Shown: positions 49,937 to 59,892, counted from the stretch's first letter. The stretch: DNA of 64,000 nt from Sedimentisphaerales bacterium (GCA_963708075.1 OY970194.1:640001-704000); one strand, 5' to 3'. A program made the numbers and translations. The notes: generated from the letters alone by a model not told the origin.

Positions 49937-50761
49937 ATGAGAGATTTGGCTCGTAAGCACAGCCGTTGTATGGCGGTTCTAATCGCGGCGCTCTGTCTGC
50001 CGTGCCTGATATGTGGCTGCAATACAGCCGGGCAGGCCGCTGCACAGAAGTGGAATCTGGTCTGGTCGGATGAGTTCAAGACGCCGGGACTGCCCGATTC
50101 GAGCAAGTGGAGCTACGAGGAAGGGTACAGGCGCAATAAGGAATTGCAGTATTACACGAAGGCCCGGCCGGAAAACGCCCGCGTCGAGGCCGGCTGCCTC
50201 GTCATTGAGACGCGAAAGGACGACTTCGAAGGCCATCCGATCACCTCGGCGAGCCTGCACACGCGCGACAAGGCCTCGTGGTGCTGCGGCCGGGTCGAGG
50301 TTCGGGCGAAGCTGCCAACCGGACGGGGCATGTGGCCCGCGATCTGGATGCTCGGAATCAACCCTGGCCATCGCTGGCCCGCCTGCGGCGAGATCGACAT
50401 CATGGAGAACGTCGGCTTCGACCCGCTCACGATCCACGCCAACATTCACACCAAGGCGTACAATCACGTAATCGGCACGAACAAAGGCAACAAGATCGAG
50501 GTCTCCGACCCTTCGAAGGATTTCCACGTGTACGCCATCGAGTGGTTCGAAGACCATATGGATTTCTTCGTGGACGAGACCAGGTACTTCACCTTCAAGA
50601 ACGAAGGCACAGGCAATGACACGTGGCCGTTCGACAAGCCGCACTACCTGATCCTCAACGCGGCCTACGGCGGCTCTTGGGGCGGCCAGAAGGGCGTCGA
50701 TGATTCCATTCTGCCCCAGAAATATTTCATCGACTATGTTCGCGTGTACAAGAGCAAGTGA
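49937..50761 (+). CDS. Glycoside hydrolase family 16 (laminarinase-like), exported
   Basis: WSDEF, NKELQYY, GMWPAIWML, catalytic EIDIME, FHVYAIEW, IDYVRVY. Confidence 0.93.
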   Translation: MRDLARKHSRCMAVLIAALCLPCLICGCNTAGQAAAQKWNLVWSDEFKTPGLPDSSKWSYEEGYRRNKELQYYTKARPENARVEAGCLVIETRKDDFEGHPITSASLHTRDKASWCCGRVEVRAKLPTGRGMWPAIWMLGINPGHRWPACGEIDIMENVGFDPLTIHANIHTKAYNHVIGTNKGNKIEVSDPSKDFHVYAIEWFEDHMDFFVDETRYFTFKNEGTGNDTWPFDKPHYLILNAAYGGSWGGQKGVDDSILPQKYFIDYVRVYKSK

Positions 50762-50860
50762 AACCTGCGCAGATGGTTGTCGACTCCCGGGTATCCAAGA
50801 AACACAGCTCTCCGGATTCCGGGTGGCAGGAGCGCACGACACTGTTCTGGCTCGCTCAGC

Positions 50861-51988
50861 TCATCTATCGGGGATCTGATTCACACGGGAGCTGCTGAAT
50901 ACGCCATGGAGCACATCGAGCTTCATGGTTTCTTCGCCTTGCGTTGGGGCGACGATGCCCCCCTCGCCAAACTCATTCCATGCGTAGATGGTGAAAGCTT
51001 TCTGTCCGGGGAAGCCTAATGGGCCTGTAGTCTGCAGGTCTTCACGCATCCTTTTGAGCACTTGGCCCCACTCCTGCCGCGTCGGGAAGGCGAAGTAGGC
51101 TCGCCGATCCGGCCATGGCCGTGGATTCCAGCCCGCGGCGACGTGAGGCAGGTAGGGGATCGCATCTTGCGCGTGCTTCTTTCGTCCCTCTTCCGTGAAC
51201 GCCGCCAACGTCGCGTAGGGGTAGTCATCCTGTCGCTGGTCCAGAGGCGGCACATCCATGTAGGTGGACGTGAAATCGAACAACTTCATAGCCCAGTGGC
51301 CTGTCGGGATTGGCTCGTGTCCCCCTACGCCACATCCGATCATCATCTCGCCTACGCCGGCTTGCCTGGCGGCTTCTCTGAGTCTGTCCAAACGCTGTCG
51401 GCACACGTCGAGGTTCTTTCCGCTCTGCACCAGGAAGTTGTGTCCGCCATGCACCTTGAACACGGCTTTGCCGCCGATTCGCAGATAGCTTGGGTGGGCC
51501 ATGCACTTGAGCCACACGGAGATGCATCTCTCCCAATCCTCGTCGCGCGTGACCTCATACCGCGGGGAGTTGCAGAAATCGATCATGAAGCGAAGCCGAT
51601 GCGCTTGTGGCGAATTCATGAAATCTGTGATGCCACGCTCAAGGTAGCGTGAATTCGGCTCCTTCTCCACACCGGGCGGATTGTAGTACCAGAGAATCAC
51701 GAAGAAATCGACGCCATGTTCTGCCGCGGCGACGATCTCGCGATTCATGGTTTCCTCGCAGTTGTATTGCCCCAACAGCGGAATCCGCTCGGGAAACTCC
51801 GGTCGCCAGTCCTCGCCCGAGCGGCTGTGCCATTTGTTCGGCATCGCCTCCCACCACCCGGGAAAATACGCGACGCCGACCAACACGTCGTCAGTTGGCG
51901 CACTCCTTACCGGTTCCGCGTCGCCGTATCCTCGCTCACACAGGCACAGCGAAAGCGCGGCAAGTGTCATTACCACCCGGTGCCACAT
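50861..51988 (-). CDS. Secreted GH99/GH71-like (beta/alpha)8 glycoside hydrolase-like protein
   Basis: Signal peptide; AYFPGW, PLLGQY, HGVDFF..WY, HPSYLRIGGK, GWNPRPW, YAWNEFGEG; starts 22 bp after the lyase stop. Confidence 0.75.
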   Translation of the reverse strand: MWHRVVMTLAALSLCLCERGYGDAEPVRSAPTDDVLVGVAYFPGWWEAMPNKWHSRSGEDWRPEFPERIPLLGQYNCEETMNREIVAAAEHGVDFFVILWYYNPPGVEKEPNSRYLERGITDFMNSPQAHRLRFMIDFCNSPRYEVTRDEDWERCISVWLKCMAHPSYLRIGGKAVFKVHGGHNFLVQSGKNLDVCRQRLDRLREAARQAGVGEMMIGCGVGGHEPIPTGHWAMKLFDFTSTYMDVPPLDQRQDDYPYATLAAFTEEGRKKHAQDAIPYLPHVAAGWNPRPWPDRRAYFAFPTRQEWGQVLKRMREDLQTTGPLGFPGQKAFTIYAWNEFGEGGIVAPTQGEETMKLDVLHGVFSSSRVNQIPDR

Positions 51989-52010
51989 GCCTATTGCCCT
52001 TGCTTGCGTC

Positions 52011-53522
52011 TTATCCGCCGATCAACTTCTTTACGGCCTCTTCCAGGCTCTGGTCTGCTGCTTTGAGAGCCTCGCATCGTTTGGCGTGACGATCCTGCGC
52101 CTTCTGGAGGTTCTGTCTTCGCCGTGTGACCATTCTGTGGACTTCCTTCGGCGCCACGGCGCCCTGGGACTTGTGCGCCTCTACGAAATGCATGGCGTCG
52201 AGAGCCTGCGCCAGGCCTTTGGGGTCCAGGTTCAGAGGCTTTCCGATGATTTTCACCGCCGCCCGGTCCACCACGTCCGTGTTGATGTCGGTGGCTGTGC
52301 CGCCTTTTTCCCACACCTCGTGGACGGACTCTCCGACAATGGCATGGGCAACGCGCAGGGGCAGATGAGTTTCACGGAACAGGAATGCGGCAAGCTCCGT
52401 CGCCGTGGAGAAGCCTCGCTGGGCGTGGCGGAGCATGATGTCCTTCTTGACAATCAGGTTGTTCAGCACCTTGTTGAAGGTGTTGATGGCCTTGATGACG
52501 TCAGCGACGGTGTTGGGGACGTACTCGCTGGCTTCGTAGACCTCGATCGTGTCTCCGTAGAGGGTGTTCTGAGCGCGGCAGACGATATCGCTGTAGCAGC
52601 CAAGCACCTTGCCGAGCGTGCAGCGGATCTCCTCGAAAACGCAGGGACTTTTCTTCTGAGGCATCATGCTCGACGCTTCACAAATGGCGTCGGTCAGCTC
52701 GATCATGTTGAATTCGAACGTTGCCCACCAGTGCATTTCGTTCGCAACCCGGCTCATGGGGATGGCCAGGTTGATCATCGCCGCGACCACATTCGTGGCC
52801 TGGTCCGTCGAGGCCACGCAATCATTCGTATGCTCCATCACGCGATCGAAACCGAGGAACCGGGCGGGCTTTTCCCGATCGACGTTGAAACTGGTCCCGG
52901 CAAGGGCCCCGCAGCCCAGATCGCATATGTTGATGACATCGTAGGCTTGCTCAAGCTGGACAGCGGCCCGGTCAACGGCCTCATACAGGCCCAGCAGATA
53001 ATGGCCGAACGTCATCGGCTGAGCATGCTGGTTATGGGTATATCCGGGCATCACGGCGTCACGGTATTCGTCCGCCCGGTCGAGCAGGTTCTGGCGGAAT
53101 TCCAGGGTGGCCTGGACCAGGGGCACGACCGCCTCCCGCAGTTTCATCCGGTACAGTGGCGGCGGGAGCGTGCGGCCGATATTGATATTGCCGGCGATGG
53201 ATCCAACCTTATCCATCAGATAGCGTTCAAACTGGACCCTCCACTTATAGAAATGCGGGTCGTAGCTTTGGATCATTTCCTCGATCGCCTTGTCGTCGAT
53301 GCGGCTCAGGGTCTTGAGGATCTCGTGCCCCTCGCCTTTGTCGATGATGCCCCGCTCGATGAGCATCACTGTCCAGGCTTTGTGGACCTTGGTGGCCCGG
53401 GGGATCTCGTCGTATGCCAGGGCGGCGAACGCCTTGCGACCCTCCTCCAAAGACGGTATTTCTTTCCCCCGCAGCCGGGAGTGTGTGTCGGGCTTGATGT
53501 CTCTGTAGTTTTGCACGTGCAT
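52011..53522 (-). CDS. Divergent argininosuccinate-lyase-like enzyme (aspartase/fumarase superfamily)
   Basis: MPGYTHNQHAQP, LGCGALAGTS, SSMMPQKKSP, STATELA, PLRVAHAIVG; lacks the ArgH HTARSRNDQ and YNRD motifs; RBS GGAG. Confidence 0.88.
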   Translation of the reverse strand: MHVQNYRDIKPDTHSRLRGKEIPSLEEGRKAFAALAYDEIPRATKVHKAWTVMLIERGIIDKGEGHEILKTLSRIDDKAIEEMIQSYDPHFYKWRVQFERYLMDKVGSIAGNINIGRTLPPPLYRMKLREAVVPLVQATLEFRQNLLDRADEYRDAVMPGYTHNQHAQPMTFGHYLLGLYEAVDRAAVQLEQAYDVINICDLGCGALAGTSFNVDREKPARFLGFDRVMEHTNDCVASTDQATNVVAAMINLAIPMSRVANEMHWWATFEFNMIELTDAICEASSMMPQKKSPCVFEEIRCTLGKVLGCYSDIVCRAQNTLYGDTIEVYEASEYVPNTVADVIKAINTFNKVLNNLIVKKDIMLRHAQRGFSTATELAAFLFRETHLPLRVAHAIVGESVHEVWEKGGTATDINTDVVDRAAVKIIGKPLNLDPKGLAQALDAMHFVEAHKSQGAVAPKEVHRMVTRRRQNLQKAQDRHAKRCEALKAADQSLEEAVKKLIGG

Positions 53523-53582
53523 CTTCTCCAAAATAAAAAATGGCTGTTTCAGCCATCGTAGTGAAACCAGAAATCCAGGAGC

Positions 53583-53646
53583 AGTCTATGGGTTATGTAA
53601 ACATGTCGAAACGCCATTTTGCGCCTTTCGACCCCCATTTTGCGCA
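53583..53646 (-). promoter_or_regulatory. Tandem-repeat operator plus -10 hexamer (copy A) upstream of the lyase
   Basis: CCATTTTGCGC at 53614 and 53635 (21-bp period); TAGACT 21 nt downstream on the minus strand. Confidence 0.75.
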
Positions 53647-53809
53647 CGGCATCCCCTTCAGGGGGCCAGAAAGCCATTCCGCATGGACGGACGGCGCGCC
53701 CTCGCCATTTGTCGGCTAATCTCACTTATACTCTACGGATGAGATTGCAGGCAAAAGTCCTGTTGGATGCAGCAGGGTCCAAAAGTGTGGTAGATGAGAG
53801 GTCGTGCGG

Positions 53810-54907
53810 ATGAACTCCAAGGAGCGAACGAGGATTGCCCTGACTCGCAGCGGCATCCCCGATCGCATCCCTGTGCAATTCGATTTGTGCAAATCCCTCA
53901 TCGAGTACTTTGCAGAAGAACTCGGAGTGCGGCCGGAGTACGCCTACTCCTATTATGAGGACCTCACCTATCGCATCTCGGCCAATGCCATTCGCACGCG
54001 GCTCGGCAGTGACGTGGTTGTCGTAGGCGGAACAGTGGCGGCCGGTTTTCACGCTGTGGAGCTGGAGGACGGGACTTCGCTCAACGAGTTCGGGATGAAG
54101 ATGCGGCCCACGCAGCTCTATGTGGAGGTGGTGGAGCCTCCGCTGAGGGACGTGTCCTCCATCGAGGACATCGAACGATATGCCTTTCCAGACCCGTATG
54201 CGCCCGGCCGATTCGACATCGCCAAGAAGGAGATTGCCAGATTCGGGAAAAAGTTCTTTGTCATCGGGGATTGCGAGCTCAGCCTCTTCGAGCTGGCCTG
54301 GCAACTGGTGGGGCTGGAGAGGTACATGATGGCTCTGGCCACAGAGGAAAAATGGCTGGAGGCATTGTCCGATAGAGTGGAGTACTGGACGACTCACATT
54401 GCGCTGCAGTTGGTGAAACTCGGTGTCGACGCCCTCTGGTTTGGGGAGGATTTAGGGACACAGACCTCGGTCCTGATGTCGCCGGCGATGTGGAGAGCCC
54501 GATTCAAGCCCCGCTACGTGCGCATGTTCCGCATGCTCAAACAGGTGAATCCCGATGTGATCCTCATCATGCATTCGGATGGGGCGGTGGCTCCGCTGTT
54601 GACGGATTTCATCGAGATGGGGGTACAGGTGTACAACCCTGTTCAACCGAACGTTCCCGGCTCCGGTCCGCTGGAGCTGAAACAGAAATACGGCGATTCC
54701 ATCGCGTTCTTCGGCGGGGTCGATCAGCAGCAGTTGCTGCCCAGCGGGGATGCCATCAAAACGTCGTTGGAGATCAGACGACTGTGCAGAATTATGGGCC
54801 AGAACGGCGGCTACCTGCTGGCGCCGGCCCACATCATCCAGGCCGATGTCAAGCCGGACATGGTCCGGCTGATGATCGATGCCGCAAAGGGGTTTGGGCA
54901 GTATTAG
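53810..54907 (+). CDS. Uroporphyrinogen decarboxylase-like (UroD/MtaA superfamily) protein
   Basis: PDRIP, GEDLGTQ..MSP..WR..FKP, MHSDG, NPVQP, GGVDQQ, APAH.IQ. Confidence 0.85.
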   Translation: MNSKERTRIALTRSGIPDRIPVQFDLCKSLIEYFAEELGVRPEYAYSYYEDLTYRISANAIRTRLGSDVVVVGGTVAAGFHAVELEDGTSLNEFGMKMRPTQLYVEVVEPPLRDVSSIEDIERYAFPDPYAPGRFDIAKKEIARFGKKFFVIGDCELSLFELAWQLVGLERYMMALATEEKWLEALSDRVEYWTTHIALQLVKLGVDALWFGEDLGTQTSVLMSPAMWRARFKPRYVRMFRMLKQVNPDVILIMHSDGAVAPLLTDFIEMGVQVYNPVQPNVPGSGPLELKQKYGDSIAFFGGVDQQQLLPSGDAIKTSLEIRRLCRIMGQNGGYLLAPAHIIQADVKPDMVRLMIDAAKGFGQY

Positions 54908-54947
54908 ACATCTCCGATTCTCTGGAGTCTTTAAGGGTGACACGAAG

Positions 54948-55262
54948 ATGAAACGAAGAGCATTCAAGATGAAGTTGAAGCCGGGTTGTGCGGCGGAGTA
55001 CAAGAAACGACACGACGAGATCTGGCCGGAGGTGAAGGCTTCCATAGCTAAATCCGGCATCTCCGACTATTCGATCTTCCTTGACGAAGAAACGATGACG
55101 CTATTCGCCGTTCAGAAGCTTAGCGAGAACAACACAGTCGAGGGGTTGCCGCGGAGCGCGGTCACCCGCAAGTGGTGGGACTATATGAAGGACATCATGG
55201 AGTGCAATCCCGACAACTCGCCCGTTCGCACCCCCCTGAAAGAGATGTTTCACATTGACTGA
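54948..55262 (+). CDS. rhaM: L-rhamnose mutarotase
   Basis: RAFKMKL, EYKKRHDEIWPE, YSIFLD, KWW.YM.DIM, NPDNSP, EMFHID. Confidence 0.92.
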   Translation: MKRRAFKMKLKPGCAAEYKKRHDEIWPEVKASIAKSGISDYSIFLDEETMTLFAVQKLSENNTVEGLPRSAVTRKWWDYMKDIMECNPDNSPVRTPLKEMFHID

Positions 55263-55275
55263 TCGCGCTCTCGTC

Positions 55276-55878
55276 TCACAGTTCTGCCTGGCGTATGCCG
55301 AGTTGCCTGTAGATCGTCGGCAGCTTTTGCCTGACGGCTTGTCGCACGTCCTCGTACAGACTCACGCCATGTGAATCCATCGCCACGATCAGCGGGCCGA
55401 AGTTTTTCACTCTGAACTTGTAGATCGCCTCGGGATGAAGCTGCGGCCAATAAACGTCTTCCACGGCTTCGATCTGCTTCGTCTCGATCGCAGCGGCGCC
55501 TCCGACGATGGCGAAGTAACACGCCCCGAATCGCATCATGGCATCGAGACTGCCCTGGTAGAGCCCGGATTTGCCGATGATGGCCCGCACGCCGTATTCC
55601 TCCAGCAGCGGGGCCGTGAACCTGTCCATGCGGGTGCTGGTCGTTGTGCCGACAATGATCGTTTCCCAGCCTTTGTCCGTCTTCTTGAGACTCGGGGCGG
55701 TATGCAGGACGGGATAACCGGCCAAATCGACAGGAGGGGCATTGTGCCCGTCGAACATGTGGATCAGAGTTTTGTCCCTCATGCCGAATATGTGGCCGCT
55801 GATTGTGACCACATCTCCGGCACGAAGAGAACGCATGAGTGCTTCGTCAAAGGGCGTGTTAAGAACGTACGACGCCAT
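55276..55878 (-). CDS. Fe-S hydro-lyase beta subunit (fumarate hydratase/tartrate dehydratase C-terminal type)
   Basis: LRAGDVV.ISG..RD, GTTTSTRMD, IIGKSG, GGAA, FGPLIVAMDSHG.SLY. Confidence 0.9.
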   Translation of the reverse strand: MASYVLNTPFDEALMRSLRAGDVVTISGHIFGMRDKTLIHMFDGHNAPPVDLAGYPVLHTAPSLKKTDKGWETIIVGTTTSTRMDRFTAPLLEEYGVRAIIGKSGLYQGSLDAMMRFGACYFAIVGGAAAIETKQIEAVEDVYWPQLHPEAIYKFRVKNFGPLIVAMDSHGVSLYEDVRQAVRQKLPTIYRQLGIRQAEL

Positions 55879-55889
55879 AGCCGCGGCCC

Positions 55890-56769
55890 CTAAAAACCGT
55901 ATTCCACTCTGCCGTCAGCCCAAATTCTGCGCGGCGCGTCGTGCCGCCCAGCATTGCGTGTTGACGGCCACCGGATTCTGCGTGATGTGCGTGTATGCCC
56001 ACTCGATGTGAACGGCCAGCGTCGAAACATCGCCCCCAAGACCCATGGGACCACTGCCCGTGGCGTTAATAGCTTGCTCCAACTGTTCTTCCAGCTCTGC
56101 AAACAGGGGGTCCGGGTTCCTCGTGCCGACCGGACGGGCAATCGCCTTCTTGGCCAGTACGCCCACCAGGTCGAATGTTCCGCCGATACCGACGCCGATG
56201 ATTCCCGGCGGACACGGATTGCCCCCAGCGCCTGTGACGGTGTCAATGATGAACTTCTTGACGGCACCCAGCCCCTCGGCGGGGGTGAACATCCTTACAG
56301 CACTCACGTTCTCGGAGCCCGAGCCCTTGGGGATCATGAGGATGTCGAGGCAGTCGGCCTGCGGGTCGAAATCCCAGTGGATCACGGGCAACCCGGCACC
56401 GACGCTCGTCTGCGGATTCTCCCGGGTCACAGGATGCAGCGAACTGCCCCGGAAGGGATATTCGAGAGTGGCCCGCTGTGCCCCCTCGGCGAGAGCGGCC
56501 CTGAGTTTCGACCCATCGACGGCGATCCGTCCCCCGATTTTCACCATGTAGACAGGCAACCCCGTATCCTGGCAGATCAGCATGTCCTGCGTGTCGGAGA
56601 CTTCGATGCTCTTGAGAATGGTCTCCAGAATGGTCTTTGCGGTGGGTTTTGTCTCCCGCGCATGGGCCTTGCGAATGGCCTCCTTGACGTCGGGCGGCAG
56701 AACCTTGAGCGCCCTGATATAGAGTTCCTTCGCAACCTCCTGCACAAGCTGGTAATTCAGTCCGGTCAT
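55890..56769 (-). CDS. Fe-S hydro-lyase alpha subunit; apparent frameshift at ~55930
   Basis: ICQDTG, KGSGSEN, GNPCPP..GVGIGG, GPMGLGG, VAVNTQCWAARR; likely C-terminus RIWADGRVEYGF* in the adjacent frame. Confidence 0.9.
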
Positions 56770-56781
56770 CCCCAGGATGCT

Positions 56782-57915
56782 CTAAAACTTCAAGTAAGAT
56801 CCTAAACTTGTTACCAATAGCCAGGACACCACGCCGACGGAAACAGCCGCGATCAGCCCGCAGACGAAAGGTTTATAACCCAGCTTCGTCAGCTTGCGAA
56901 TGTTCGTATTCAGGCCGATGCAACTGACGGCGATGGCTATCAGATACGTCGCTGATGTTTTAACAAAATCGCAGGTGCCCGTCCAGCTGGCGTTTGCACT
57001 GCCGAAAGCGTAGTCGCCTAATGATCGCAGCAGGACGACAACGATATAGCCAAGCACGAACAGAGGAATGTACTTGGCGATCTGCCAACCTTTTGCAGAG
57101 GCGTTGCGGGCGTTCTTTCTGGCGAACAAGTATCCCAGGACCGGAATGACGAACACCATGAAGGTGTTTCGCACGAGTTTCGTCGTGATCGCAATATCCG
57201 CCCCGGTCAGCCCCGTTGCTGTCTTGTGCGCCCAGAGTTGGTCGTAGATCAGCGACGACGCGGTGACTTGAGATGTATCATGGACGGCGGTGCCCAGAAA
57301 GAACCCTGCCGCCGCCGGGCTCAGGTGCAGGAAGGATTCGGCCATGTAAGGATATACCATTGTGGCCAGAATTCCGAAGATGGTGATGGTCCCCACGGCG
57401 TAGGCGATCTCCTCTTCTTCGGCCTCGATGGTTGGCGCACTGGCCAGGATGGCGCTGACGCCGCAGATGCTTGTGCCGGCCGCCACCAGCGTCGCCAGCT
57501 TCTCGCTGATCCCCAGCCTCTTGGCCACGAACGCCGTGATGGCAAGACCTGCCACGATGCAGACAAAAACCATGCCTACCGCTACGGCTCCGATCTTGAG
57601 CACGGAAAGGATGCTCAGACGGATACCCATCAGGATGATTCCCAGCCGCAGGAGTTTGCTGAGCCCGAACTTGATCCCCGGCTCCAGCTTCGCCGGCAGA
57701 GGAATCGTGTTCCTGACGAGCAGGCCGAGAATGATCGCAACAAGGATGGGGCTCAGGAGACTCTCCTTCCAACCCATGGCCTTGCCAATCGCGTTGGCGG
57801 CGACGGTGCCTGCGAGCATCACCAGGACCGCTACAACCACTCCGGGCAGCAAAACGAGAACATTCTGATTGCCGAACAACACATCCTTCAGTACGGCGGA
57901 CACTCCACGCTTCAT
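56782..57915 (-). CDS. YeiH / putative sulfate exporter family membrane protein
   Basis: LLRLGIILMG, GTSICGVSAI, GTAVHDTSQV, TKLVRN; about 10 TMs. Confidence 0.9.
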   Translation of the reverse strand: MKRGVSAVLKDVLFGNQNVLVLLPGVVVAVLVMLAGTVAANAIGKAMGWKESLLSPILVAIILGLLVRNTIPLPAKLEPGIKFGLSKLLRLGIILMGIRLSILSVLKIGAVAVGMVFVCIVAGLAITAFVAKRLGISEKLATLVAAGTSICGVSAILASAPTIEAEEEEIAYAVGTITIFGILATMVYPYMAESFLHLSPAAAGFFLGTAVHDTSQVTASSLIYDQLWAHKTATGLTGADIAITTKLVRNTFMVFVIPVLGYLFARKNARNASAKGWQIAKYIPLFVLGYIVVVLLRSLGDYAFGSANASWTGTCDFVKTSATYLIAIAVSCIGLNTNIRKLTKLGYKPFVCGLIAAVSVGVVSWLLVTSLGSYLKF

Positions 57916-57936
57916 GATATCCTCAAATTGACTTGG

Positions 57937-58776
57937 CTATATCGTGTAATCCTGCGGCGCCCCAACGGCATCGTGGTACTTCTTCCAGTGTTCTTTCCTC
58001 AGGACGCCTATCGTGTCGCCCCGAAGGCCGGCTCGCAGCGCGGCCGCCGCCAGGATATCCTTCGGCTGGACGTTGCCAATGCTGGCGCCAGGTCCATATT
58101 TCATGTAGATCGACTGCTGCTGGTCCTTGTTCGGGGCTTCGATCATCGTGTTCTCCAGCCCCACAGCCTGGATGATCGTGCCCAGTTCCTCGAAGTTGAC
58201 TTCGCCGCTCTTGCTCATGACACCGATGCCCTTGCCGGATTCCCTGGCCTCGATGATCACCATGGCCGCGCCGCTTCGGAGGTCCTTGGTCATGAGCTCG
58301 ATCCGCCTGTCCAGCGTAATGGCCGCGTCTTTTGCCGCGTCTTTTTTGCCCACTTCCGAAATGACCGTGAATCCCGCCTGAATGCACATCTGGATAATGT
58401 CGGCCCGGCGTTCGTCGGGGATGTAGATCGTGCCGTCGGAGAACTCCAGGTGCGTGAATCCCAGTGACTTGGCGTACTTGAGGTATGGCCCAAGACACTT
58501 CTTTGTGTAGCCGCCGGCACAGAGGATCGCTACCTCCGTCAGGGTCCCCCCGATCATGGGGCTGATCCCGGATTTCTGGTAGATCTCGACTTTCTCCTGC
58601 AGAATTTCTTCGTTGTACAGGCTCGCCGTTCCAAACGTGCACTTGACGATATCCGCCAGCCCGGCGGCGATGTTGACCCAGTCGTCTGCGCCGACCGGCC
58701 CGAATTCCTTCTCGATCACCATGATCGCACCGTTCTTCTGCGGAACGGGGATGAACTTCTCGAATGCTCTGGCCAT
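57937..58776 (-). CDS. comA: Phosphosulfolactate synthase (ComA family)
   Basis: GT.SLY..L.EK, GGTL.E, EFSDG, SEVGKK, IEARESG, EAP, GNV, LRAGLRGDT; RBS AGGAG. Confidence 0.88.
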   Translation of the reverse strand: MARAFEKFIPVPQKNGAIMVIEKEFGPVGADDWVNIAAGLADIVKCTFGTASLYNEEILQEKVEIYQKSGISPMIGGTLTEVAILCAGGYTKKCLGPYLKYAKSLGFTHLEFSDGTIYIPDERRADIIQMCIQAGFTVISEVGKKDAAKDAAITLDRRIELMTKDLRSGAAMVIIEARESGKGIGVMSKSGEVNFEELGTIIQAVGLENTMIEAPNKDQQQSIYMKYGPGASIGNVQPKDILAAAALRAGLRGDTIGVLRKEHWKKYHDAVGAPQDYTI

Positions 58777-58848
58777 GTGTTTCTCCTGCTCCTTTATCAT
58801 TTGAATCGAGCGATGTAGAAGGCGCTTGCGCCCATGAGGTGGTTCTCT

Positions 58849-59892
58849 TTAACCTGTCAGTCCTTCCCAGCAGTTGTCCGAGCCCGCAACGACTTTGACT
58901 GCACGATCGACGTAGTTGAGCAAGCCATCGACGGCCTGGTATCTGCCTCGCATGAGGGCGGGATTATCCAGCCCTGCGGTGGGGATGTTGTCATACAGCA
59001 AGATGTTGGACGCGATCTTCTCGCTGATGTTGTCGAAAAGGGCCTTTTGTGTAACTCGTTTGTCCTTCAGATGGCTGATGAAGTTCTTATGCCGTCCTTC
59101 CTCCACGCGGGGCAGAATCAGGGTGATCCTGGGAGAATGGATCGTGTCCGACGCGGTCTGCATCTCCCCCAGATCGACGGCCACTTTCCTGCCCCACTCG
59201 TCGTCCGTCTCGGGCAGTTGCTCTTTCAGTTTCTCCAGGAGAAACGGGTAGCTGTACTTCAGGTTGCCGATCCGGATGTTGTCGACGACGGCGCCTTTGT
59301 AGAAGATGGGGCCGTGATCGAGGTAGAAGTGCGTCATCTCGGCGGAAAACAGCTTCAGGCCCAGTTCCAGTCCTCTGGCCAGCAGGCAGCTCTTGCCGCT
59401 GCCGGTGGTGCCGGCGGCGATATAGAGATGGTTCGCCTGCTCATTGTAGAGCGAACAGGCGTGAAGGCTGTAGATGCTGTGCTTTTTCTCCAGCATCATG
59501 AGGATATACCGGAAGACGAGGCCTTCGTTGCCGAAGAGGGTATATCGCAGATCCGAGGCCTGCTCGGTGGCCTGGAGAATCGACCCGGTCAGTTGAATCT
59601 GCCCGTCGGATACCTTGACTTCAATGGGCTGATCCGCCACATCGGTCATGGTGATGTAGAAGTCCAGCCCTTTGTCGCGGTACTCGATGGGCTCGATCTC
59701 GTGAAAGTCGGTCAGCAGGGATTCGAAACTGGCGGAGAAAAAGAGCTTGGGAAGCAACTGTTCGTTGTTGGCCGTAATCCCAAACGTGACCTTGAGCACC
59801 CGGAAGGCTTTCTTCACGGCGGAGTGAGTGCTCGTGATCGAACTCAGATCTTTATGGCTCGCACTTGCACTGTGCGATGAAATCCGACGCAT
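58849..59892 (-). CDS. HPr-kinase-like P-loop protein, unknown function (start uncertain)
   Basis: LHACSL...AGTTGSGKS...LFSAE arrangement of the HPrK/PEPCK-like P-loop family. Confidence 0.65.
   Translation of the reverse strand: MRRISSHSASASHKDLSSITSTHSAVKKAFRVLKVTFGITANNEQLLPKLFFSASFESLLTDFHEIEPIEYRDKGLDFYITMTDVADQPIEVKVSDGQIQLTGSILQATEQASDLRYTLFGNEGLVFRYILMMLEKKHSIYSLHACSLYNEQANHLYIAAGTTGSGKSCLLARGLELGLKLFSAEMTHFYLDHGPIFYKGAVVDNIRIGNLKYSYPFLLEKLKEQLPETDDEWGRKVAVDLGEMQTASDTIHSPRITLILPRVEEGRHKNFISHLKDKRVTQKALFDNISEKIASNILLYDNIPTAGLDNPALMRGRYQAVDGLLNYVDRAVKVVAGSDNCWEGLTG

Noticed and set aside
8065..53561. Long antisense ORFs (8065-9540, 15443-16912, 29087-30865, 32910-34250, 36935-39088, 51747-53561 and others)
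   Set aside because: They are shadows of well-supported genes on the opposite strand, as expected in GC-rich DNA, and have no recognisable motifs.
4177..56769. Calling the frameshifted genes (tsaC, pilin 2, secretin, pilB, nupC, oxidoreductase, hydro-lyase alpha) pseudogenes or programmed frameshifts
   Set aside because: There are no in-frame stops or motif decay, the indels recur in the same sequence contexts on either strand, and no slippery heptamers are evident. Sequencing error is the simpler explanation.
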